Below are positions 53,554 to 64,000 of a stretch of 64,000 nt of DNA, one piece after another. The notes under the pieces are model-generated. The model was not told the origin of the DNA. It worked only from the letters and a program-made list of their open reading frames with translations, and did not search any database. Both the position numbers and the translations under genes were made by a program. Location of the stretch: contig OZ024740.1 of NCBI GenBank assembly GCA_964016885.1, forward strand, positions 59,768,001 through 59,832,000, in the 5' to 3' direction. The DNA is from Eledone cirrhosa (lineage: Eukaryota). The stretch's first letter is position 1; each line of letters opens with the position of its first letter.

Positions 53554-56373
53554 CCTATACTCTATAGATGCCTATACTCTACCAACGCATTGAACAACTG
53601 TTAGAAAGCAAACATAATAATATTTTCTTGGTGGCTGCAGCTGCTAATGTTTTTTTGTTTTTTTGCGTATGCTTTTGTTTTTATTAGGTAGCCCCAGAAC
53701 AGATCTTACCAAGCCCTCCTATTACCAGAGTCGAAAAAGCCTGGGTATTTAGCACCCTAAGTTAGTACTACAATGTACGCCCCATTCTCCCAAAGCAAAA
53801 TAATTTCAACTTACAGTTTGGTAAGCTAACGAGCCTAGTTTTCGACACTTCTTACTCTGGCCACACTAAGACAATTACTAACCCGACATATTCCATTGCA
53901 CAGTCCAAATCTGGTGATTTATACAACGCTGGTAGACAGTAATGGTATTTAGCGATTTGTTTATTGGTCGCAGAAAATTGTATATATAATTTAATTATAC
54001 AAATTTGTATAAAACTCTGATCCTTTTAGTTTCAATAATGTATCTCCACGGTCTGCACCCTACTTGACTTTCTTGATGGTCTTAATGGTAGCATCACTTT
54101 AGCCTATGACGCATAGGCAGTTAACTGACCGACTAGTCGCGCCTCACAATTGTTTTTATGTCAAGCTGATGACCATACGATATACACCGACATAAAAAGA
54201 TGGAGGAACAGTGTGATATTCTGGTCATGTTACGCTCTCTCTACTGTTTAGTCTATTTCTGTACGTTCACAGATTCTAATAGTCATCAAAGAAGATAGAT
54301 TCAGTCAGAGCACAACACATCTTGTTCAATTGAACTCATTATTGGCGATGTGTCCCAGCCAGATCCATCGCCAAAGAAGGAGGGGGTCACTTAATTACAT
54401 TGGCACCTCCTCCCTTACCTTTCAATTGTGCACCCTCAAATTTAGAACATAAAGCTTATAAAACAAATCATCCCGAAATACGTCCCTTGGAATAGAGTGC
54501 CTATTCAGAATGTTCTGAAGGCACCTTACCACTTAACCAAACACCAAAAACTGACGACGGGCCCGGTCCCAGCACAGTATTGGAGGCTAGTCCACAATAG
54601 AGGCTACTGATGTAGTTTATGTCTGTGTTTGCGATTTTATGTTTGGTGCGTAGCTCGGAGATCAGAGTCACTCCAAGTAGAGCCGCTACGTCTCCGAATT
54701 GAGAGATCACAGCTCCAATACTATGTATATATAGTTAGAATGTCTCTGGAAAGAATCGTAGGATAGACTTTACAGGAAAACCAACTGGCAGGAGACCCAT
54801 GGGTAGACCTCGAACAAAATGTTTGGATAACATCCATGAACTCGGCTTATCTCGCTTGAGGATCCAACCGGATCAATTGGAGGCGGTTGCTTCTGACAGG
54901 ACCTGCTACAATGCGTGCTTGGGGACTCTGCCCGCACGACCTTCCCAAGAAGAAGTGGAAGAAACAATGTCTTTAGGATGCTATTGAAGCAGCGTTTTGG
55001 TGTAGTAATATGCGTTGTATTTTGTAGATTGGTTTTTTGTTTGTTTGTTTGTTTGTTTGTTTTTCCCATTTGGAATGATAGGAGCTGGAAATGAAATGAT
55101 CCAAACATTTTGTAGTATGTCATATCAATAATGTTCTTGTCTCAGATTTTAATAAAGCATCTATTTGCAACCAATGTCGAAATAATTGCCAGCATTGTTG
55201 ATAATATCTACAAATTACAAAGTATGCTTTGCTATCGCGAAAAATACCACAACGCATTAATCATCACCATATGATAGAATATGTCACGGATACAACCACT
55301 TGAGATGGGAAAAATGGATAAGCTTCTTTGAAAGATAATCAAAGCACGTTGAAAGTTCAATCTTATTACGCGCCCCGTAGACTTTCCATTATCTACAAAT
55401 TAATGAAATTACAATGACATATACGGCATTGACATATATTGTATAATAAGATTCTCAGCTTTTCCAACTAAAACTCTACCGATACAATTCGCAACCACAT
55501 ACAGTTAGTAAGTTTGTGGCGTATTATCACCACCACCACGTATATATAGTAGCGATACGACTGTTGCTACAAAACACATCTATCCATCTTTTTACCAAAG
55601 GTTACTGATGATGGCAGTCCTAAATGGGGAATCAGAAATTATACAATCTAGCAACTAATTATGTATATAAACATATTTGTACTAGATATATTTTAACCCG
55701 GAGCTGTACGGCAGCCTCCCAAAAGTCAGCTCTAAAGTGACACAGAGTAAACTGGGGTTAGCTGGACATGCTCACCGACATTCAGAGTTGACACTGCACT
55801 CAGTGATCCTGTTGGAGCCCTTACACGGATATACTGAAAAGAGAAATCGAGAATGCCATTTGTTGATGCCCTAAGGACAGATACTGGTCTCTGGGAGACG
55901 CGGGACATGACAACGATAATGAGGGACAGAAACCGCTGGAGAGAACTCGTCCATGGAAATCGGGAATTTTACCCGCCCTAGATAGAGATATTTGTAGTAT
56001 ATAACTTGTTTGACGAACAGAATAAGTAATATTCGGTTTCATCATTCAGTTTCTTCGCTAAAGTATATAATACAGTGATATTAGTGGTTATATTAACACG
56101 CGTGTGTGGGGTGGTGATGCACCATGGCCGAATGGTCAAGCGGTTCGTTTCGCAATCATTAGGTTATGAGTTCGATCTCACAGCGTGGCATCTTGGCAAG
56201 TGTCATTTACCATATCTTGGGATCTATCCATGCTTAGTGCACTTCAGCGAGATGTTAATTCAGAAGGTAAAACTAAATACCACAAGTTACTTTGTCCTGC
56301 GCTATAACGATTCTGCCATTTTTGAGAAGTCACATGAAAAATAAAATCATATATATCGAAATAAATATATATA

Positions 56374-56567
56374 CAGACCTGTCAACTCTCACCATCTAAT
56401 GGGGAGATCTCCCACCCACTTTGGCATGGGTGAGAGACGTCGTCTTTCGTGAAAATGAGTATAACTTTCATTATGTGGAATCTCCCCATTTTGCCTCATT
56501 TCTCCCTGTTTTAGGGCACTTTTTTTCATGGTACTCCACGTTTGGGTTTTTGACGTTGGCAGGTCTG
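56374..56567. mobile_element. hAT-type MITE
   Basis: Homologous to 38477-38661; TSD tatatata / tgtatata. Confidence 0.75.
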
Positions 56568-57049
56568 TGTATATAGATATATTCTATATATTTCCCGTGG
56601 ACATGGACTCATACAGGAGTTGGATTAACCATTAAGCAGCATAAGCATGTACTTAGGGTTTCCTATTCAGTTTTTAACCAGTAGAATATATTGAAGCATT
56701 GTCCTATATGCTGTATATGGGAGTATCATAATCTCTTCAGTGCTTAAGGCCTTTAATCTTAATCCATATTTCTAGCAAGCATATTCATATAAAATGTATA
56801 TATACAACGCCATCACCAACCCACAAAATAGATAAGCATTAAGAATGCTGGTTTTACACCACGTAGAAGCAACAAAAAGAATTAGAATATATCATAACCA
56901 TCAATAAGTTATGATATTCAAAGGCTTAAATGTTTAGTCTAGTTCTTCACAGAGATGCCCTACACTGGGTGTTTAATGAGAAAGCAGATACAGGAAATAA
57001 TTACAATTATTCAAAGACTTGTACCCTTAACGTATCATAACATCAATCT

Positions 57050-57270
57050 AAAGATTGTTAATTTTTTTTAATGTGACCTTCTACCTAAATAAGGCTACAT
57101 CCCAGCTACACCTGAACCTAACAGTTCCATACTTTATATAAACAATAAACCAAACCATTCGCCAAATATTCCCAAGAACCTACCCAACAATTTAAGTATG
57201 CGGATTTCATATCAATTTCTTCATTCATCAAATAATTATTTAAGAAGGAACCAAAATTTGTCTTGTAGAG
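57050..57270 (+). mobile_element. Old PLE RT-thumb fragment
   Basis: YINNKPNHSPNIPKNLPNNLSMRIS. Confidence 0.5.
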
Positions 57271-57894
57271 TCATAAGTATATATATATATATCCTTCTGT
57301 TATATATATTTTTTCTCTATCCCTTTTTTTCCCCAGTAGCTTCCTTTAGTTATTGACGCACTGGAGCAAGATATCTTGTCTTTAATGCGTAGAAATATCC
57401 ATGATCTCTAGCAGACAACTGATGAAGGAAAATTATCCCCCGTTCGTGCTTTCCTCTTATTTATACATACACCTTATCCAGCAACTACACAAAGCCAAAA
57501 ATGAAGCATATGATTTCTTGATAACCGACTTCCACGCCATGTCTAGTGCACTAGACATAGCAGATGTCTGATTTTAGTTCAGAACCCCCCCCCCCCCCAC
57601 ACACACACACACACCACCACCACCACCACCACACACACACTGACTGAAGGGACGTAGTTTTGGACGTGCAACTGGTGGACACGCAGGCTCTATTTTCAGC
57701 AATGCATTGCAATGACCAATACAAGATAATTATAATTATGAAGCTGGTTTACAAAACAGAGTAGTTTGTCTTTTACAACTGGTACATAAGACTTATAGAA
57801 AAGGTATCATATCCAAATGGCCAGATAGGATCGGATAGCTTCTATGAGGAATTCAATTTGACTCCAGTTTAGATGGTTCAATGTTTTCTTCTAT

Positions 57895-59457
57895 AATACA
57901 GTTCGTCAGAATTTACTAAATCGTATCCAAAAAGCAAGATACTATGGTCTGCTGATTGATTCGACCCCCTGACCAGGCGCACCGAGAACAACTGTCAAAA
58001 GTTGTGCGATATGTCGATGTTGATTTCAATATGAAGACGGTCGTTGTGAGGGAATCTTTTCTTGGATTCATTCAAGTAATCAAAAAAGATGCCGCAAGCC
58101 TTGTTGAAACAATCGTGAAAGAGCTAGAAAAAGATGATCTACCACTGCAGAACTGTCGATCGCAGTGCTATGACAATGCTGCCATACTGGCTGGGCACCG
58201 CAGTGGGGTTCAGCAGAGAATGAGAGAGAAGAATAATTTGATTCACTTCGTTAATTGCGATAACAATTCACTTACTCTGTTTGAAGACGATTGAGTGAAC
58301 TTTGCATTGCTCTCTCTATCTCTTTTCTGGCAGCCAAAAACGATTCTGCTATGATGAACTTTTTCAGTTGCATTGACTCGTTATACAACTTTTTTTCTCG
58401 TTCAACACGACGATGGGAAGCCCTTAAAGAAGTTGCTCCAGTGGGTGTTAAATATCCTTCCGACACGCGGTGGAGTGCTAGATGTACCGCAGTCAGACCG
58501 GTGGCGAATTATTTGACGCTGATTGTTCAAGTTCTCTAAAACATTAGTGATGATGAAACAGAGACATGCAAGAGTAGAAGTGATGCCAGTAATCTCCATA
58601 ATCGGATACTGAGTTATGAATTCCTGAACTTGATTGGATTCTGGAACACGATTCTCTCACAAATTGACGGGGTTCAAAAGAGACATCAAGATCCAAGAAT
58701 GAATTTTCACGATGCTGCAGCTGATATAGGAGCCCTTCAACTTTATTTTAAAGAAGAAGGAACATCCTTAATCCACGAGTCTCTTTAAATGGGCTTCGAC
58801 CTCTGCCAGAAATGGAATATCGATTTTCCGAGGAGGCGAGGAAGACGACAAACCAATACCGAAATTACTGAGGACGTCGAGGTGGCTGCCAAGAAAGAGA
58901 TAGAGAGAGCAATGCAAAGTTCACTCAATCGTCTTCAAACAGAAATGGAAGAACGGTTTATTTGACTTAAGGAAACCGACTCAAGTTTTGGCTTTCTTCT
59001 TGATGTCAACTATCTGTTTTATTTGGCTGCTCCTGATAACCTTGTCCTTAAACAAAGGTGCAACCGTCTTGCGGAACTATACAACTCCGACATTAACGGA
59101 AAGCAATTGTATGAGGAAATCTTGGACTGGCGATCTTTGCTGGCTACTAGGACAGCTGACCCAATTTTAAAGCCGGGAGCACTTCTCCAATTCATCATAC
59201 AATACGGCGATGAATGTGTTTTTCCCAATTTGCGAATCACCATTCAAATAATGTTGACAATTTCTATTTCAATTGCCAGTTACGAGAGGTCGTTCAGCAA
59301 GCTGAAGCTAATACATTCGTATTTGCGAACCTCAATGGGCCAACAACGGCTGACTGACCTCGCCCTTTTGAGTGTAGAAATCGAAGTTTGAACGAACTGA
59401 TTTCGAGGAAATTATCAAACAGTTTGCCTCATTAAAAGCCCGAAAAATCAAGTTGTA
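57895..59457 (+). pseudogene. Degenerate hAT transposase (ZMYM1-like)
   Basis: EQLSKVVRYV, QCYDNAA, SDTRWSAR, ERSFSKLKLIHSYLRTSMGQQRL. Confidence 0.9.
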
Positions 59458-59680
59458 ACCTTTTTTTTTTTAATTATAAATTTTTTATTATAAATTCTAC
59501 CAATCGAATTTCAACCTGAAAAAACACTTTCGAATTGTGAGGCAAGCGCTCAATAATTCAAAAGAATTAGAGCTTACAACTTACGTTAAAGGCCAAACAC
59601 ACTGAGATGGTGGTTAAACTAATTATCCACACAGCGAAGATTCGATCTCCTATTTCGGGTCAAACAGATATACAGATATA

Positions 59681-59740
<60 letters not shown>

Positions 59741-59793
59741 CATAATAAATATTAATCCTTCAATTACGAAATTGGTGTATTTATGTGATTTAT

Positions 59794-59895
<102 letters not shown>

Positions 59896-60549
59896 ATATA
59901 TATATATAACGATGGATGCATTTCTTGTACTTAACTCATTGAAGGCACCAAGAAAACCGACCTAGGGCTAAAATAGTGGATACGTGCTATTTCTGACTGC
60001 CTCAATCATTATACCTTCGGCCGTGAGACGACGCTAATGTTTCCGGCGTTATATATTTCCAATTTCTACCTTTAAGTTATGAAAACGTATTTATGAAAAA
60101 AGAAAAAAGATGATTTCTACTGATTCCAACAGTGCTGCCTACGTTTTATCTATAGCTTCTTCGGCCGTAAGGCAACACTACTGTTTCAAGTATGATAGAG
60201 AAACTTATACTAATTTACTGATGAAAGTCTTCTGATTGAAATGTTTTAATAAAAAACATTTTCTGTTCCATCGTATAAATTATGTAGGCTTCTAAGTAAT
60301 TTAAAATGTAATATCATTACAATGCTTTCAAAATTGCTTCCTAATTCAATACATAATACATACATACAGACACACACACACATATATATATATATAAATA
60401 TACATATACACGCACGCACGCACGCATACACACACACACACATATATATATATATAGATATATGCATATATATCATCGACAACTGTTTCTGACTGATGGT
60501 CGTTATCATGACAATGCTCTCCTATACACACACACACACTTATATATAT

Positions 60550-60738
60550 AATAATTGTTTCTACTTTTGGCACAAGGCCAGCAATTACCCAGTGCATTAC
60601 TGGTACTTTATTTTATCGACCCCAAAAGGATGAAAGGCAAAGTTACCCTCGGCGGGATTTGAACTCAGAATGGCAAGGGCCATAACTCTATACGTCAAAG
60701 CATGGCGTCCGACCCTCTACCGATACTGCCAATCCACC
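60550..60738 (-). mobile_element. tRNA-derived SINE
   Basis: Family core on minus strand. Confidence 0.8.
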
Positions 60739-60937
60739 AAGGACGATTTGTTAAGCTTTCATTACGTTTAAGGACGATCCCTCCCACACTTGCGGAGTCA
60801 AAATAAACGTAATGAAGGCTTAACAAATCATCCTTTTATATTACACTCTGTCTAGCTCTACACCTCGCCACTGACGTGAACCTAAACATCGAGTGCTCAC
60901 CTGGGTGAACCTACAGTAACTTCACGTTACACTTCCT

Positions 60938-60994
<57 letters not shown>

Positions 60995-61849
60995 CTCCAC
61001 TAGGCTGCTGAGTGCTTTATATCAGTTATACAAATTTTTAAGCTTGTTGAATCCCAACAAATTAAATATAACCTCTGCATATATATATATTAGAAAGTGA
61101 GGTTTTTTTTACAAAATGACAAATAACCGAGGTGTCCTACACGAGTGAAAGTATAAGGAAAGAAGATGAAATCGAAAATACAGCTGGAGTCTTTTTTTTT
61201 TTTTAATATATATTTATTTGGTTCCTTTTCCGGTTTCGCAGTTCTTCTGCTTTTCAAAAATAGAATTGAGATGGAGGGTCTGTGGTTTTTCTCACATCTG
61301 GTTGGTCTCTGAATGTTACTTGTTTTATATGGAAAAAAGTGGCTCGAAATGCCAGGTTTTTAGAGAAGTAATTTGGTTGGTTGGTGAATAAGTATAAATT
61401 TCGCGCCAGTTCGCGTTACAAAGTTCTTCAAACAAGGAGGGGGGGGGGGGGGGGCTCAGGTTGTTTTTTCATATATGAGTGAAGTTTGGTTGGTTGAAGC
61501 AGTCACGTGAATAAGCACATCAGCTTTCGTGCCAGTTTCTATTGAATTTCTTTTTACTTTTAAAAAAAGTGGCTCACGAAGGCTTTTTTTTAAATAAATG
61601 TAATTTGATTGGTTTAAATGAAATTATGACTGTCACGTGAACAAGTACATTACATTTGGCGCCCGTATTTGGGAATTTATTTTGTAGCCTTTTAGAGAAT
61701 TTTGTGCCAAACAAAAGATAATGGTCAAGAAAAATGGGATGGGGAGAATTGTTCTGGTTCAGTGAATATGGCTGGTGCGCTGGGGTGTCAGAATTCAGAC
61801 TTTCTATTGAAATAAAGAAAGTAGAGATATGTATGTTTATTTGTGTGCT

Positions 61850-61882
<33 letters not shown>

Positions 61883-62039
61883 GTGTGTGTGTGTGTGTGT
61901 ATGTGTGTGTGGGAGTATGGTTAGCATGTTAAGATGGAGAGAATATATATATATTTTGTGTGTGTGTGTATTATGTGTGTGTATATATATAACTGCACTA
62001 TCCACAAGTGTTTTTTAGCCTTCATATCATGTTCTCCTG

Positions 62040-62106
62040 TTTTATCTGATGAAAACACAAATATTATTGCATGATGATGTTTGTTTTTGAAATGCGCATA
62101 ATAAAA
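62040..62106 (+). ncRNA. Type I hammerhead ribozyme at the 3' end of a probable PLE terminal-repeat remnant (about 61090-62140)
   Basis: ttttat CTGATGA aaacacaaatattat...atgatgtttgttttt GAAA tgcgca TA ataaaa. Confidence 0.85.
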
Positions 62107-62138
62107 TACATGGAACTCCTTTAACCATCTTTTGATCT

Positions 62139-62186
<48 letters not shown>

Positions 62187-62217
62187 ATTAAGGCCAGTTA
62201 TTACAGCGGCACCATAC

Positions 62218-62264
62218 CATGTACGTACGTTTCGTTAGTCCCGAAGACCAACTTGTTCAACCTG
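62218..62264 (-). ncRNA. Degenerate hammerhead (5' core damaged)
   Basis: cagg ttgaacaa gttggtc-ttcgg-gactaac GAAA cgtacg TA catg. Confidence 0.5.
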
Positions 62265-62675
62265 TGCTGAAAATGAACCGAAAATTGTAGGAAAAAATAC
62301 AGAACAATGGGGAAAGAGAAGAGCCCCGAAACCAAGGCCGGATAATTTGGATTGTCTAGGGAAGACAATTTGACCGAAAAAAAGCGAAGAAAAGCTAAAT
62401 TAAGCCAGAAAAAAATTGATAGATTAAGAAAAATATACATCAATATTAAATAGTACTTAGAAACATGAGAACATCGCAAGAAGAACTCTTTACGTGTGTT
62501 AAGTGGTTAGTCATTGTTGTGAAGATTATTCAATATCTACCATTTCTCGTCATTGCATAATCTGTAAATATATGTGACTCTTTATGTCGGCTTATACATA
62601 TGGCTGTATGCATATATGATGTGTGCAAATGTATGTATGTTATGTGGACACATATAAACTGATTGTTTGAAATTC

Positions 62676-62748
<73 letters not shown>

Positions 62749-63810
62749 GTATATATATATATGTATTTTATACAAATAATGCAAAGATCGTGAAAGAAAA
62801 AAACATACTAAAACAACGAAAATGCAAATTACATAAACAGAAATCATATCGTCAGCTGGTCTATTGCATTTACACCTGGTTTCGACAACTTTAAGAAAAG
62901 ACCACATCATCTGGGAATATAAACAGTGTTAAAGACTAACTTTAAACAGTAGTTGAGAATCATACCCTACATTTTGGCAATGGAAAAGCTCTCTAGACAT
63001 TTTTCCAGAACATCAATAATTCAAATTAATAGATGTATGTAATTATATATAGAGAGATGATGATATATAGAGAGATGATGAGAACACAGTATTTTGTACA
63101 CACATACAAAGCATATATATCTCCGAAGAATAGTACAAATATCATACATAATTGATATGCTATGATACCTTAAATTTGTATATAACAGCTCCCAATCCTC
63201 ATTGGTAGAGCTGATGTGACTAATGTTTCGCACCTCTTTCTAGCGGAAATGACGTCCAGTCTTGTTTGTATCTGTAGCTTTGGGTTAAACGTTACTATAC
63301 CCACTGCTTTTCGCGTTGGGATAATTCGTGGAACCTAGCAAATATAGACAGGTATTTTGTACTATATACTGTATTGCAACTATATTTAATTGATTTATAT
63401 AAATAACGTAATTCCTCTGATGATTGATTCGCATCTCCCATAACTTAACCAAAATCGATAGTTGGTGATCGATGATCGATTACTTAAATCGATTTTAAGT
63501 TGTGGCTCTCATTGGATCTTGAAATGGCCACAAGGAATAAGAACATTTTCCATCTAAAGCACGTATTCTTTCTAGATATACATGCTTTGTATGTGTCTGT
63601 CTTCTCATAAGATACATGGTTCTTACTATCTATATATGTACATATATCTATAAATTTAAATTATATATATATCGATAGTCGACAGTCGATTGACAAGATC
63701 CCAGACCTCATTCACTTTGTCAATGTTTGATCTCTTTTTATTTATTTCAATTGACTTTTAATTTATATCATATATATGTATGTAATCCTCTTAGCTTCAT
63801 ACGGACGTAT

Positions 63811-63910
<100 letters not shown>

Positions 63911-64000
63911 ATTAATATATGGGTCTGATATATGTGTATGTGTGTGTGAAAGAGAGTTTGCATTCTTCAGAAACTCTGAGTACCTTAGAAGGTATACGCC

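Noticed and set aside
60214-60252. CTGATGA-aagtcttctgatt-GAAA motif
   Set aside because: Stem I only about 3 bp of A-U; too weak to call, though it may be a relic

Overview
Eukaryotic, very AT-rich, microsatellite-laden non-genic DNA. The SINE, RTE and Penelope repertoire suggests an octopus-like cephalopod (inference). No host exon could be supported. The window is a graveyard of nested transposons: Penelope-like retroelements (PLEs; RT plus GIY-YIG), hAT/pogo/mariner/piggyBac DNA elements and MITEs, RTE/Tx1/RLE LINE fragments, tRNA-derived SINEs and a 32x47-bp minisatellite. The hidden signal is RNA structure. Reading by eye I find 17 type I hammerhead ribozymes (HHRs) with intact catalytic cores, plus several mutated or half copies, from about 10 unrelated sequence families. 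The best candidate for a new system is a non-coding 483-bp unit carrying one HHR per unit. It occurs as two independent tandem insertions (27988-29704 and 47903-48867) with shared 5' and 3' boundaries, i.e. a retrozyme-like, circRNA-type non-autonomous retroelement probably mobilised by PLE proteins. A second recurrent pattern is that 5' truncation/inversion junctions of several unrelated PLE-type insertions fall in hammerhead stem II. All structures were folded by eye; none was computed or tested.
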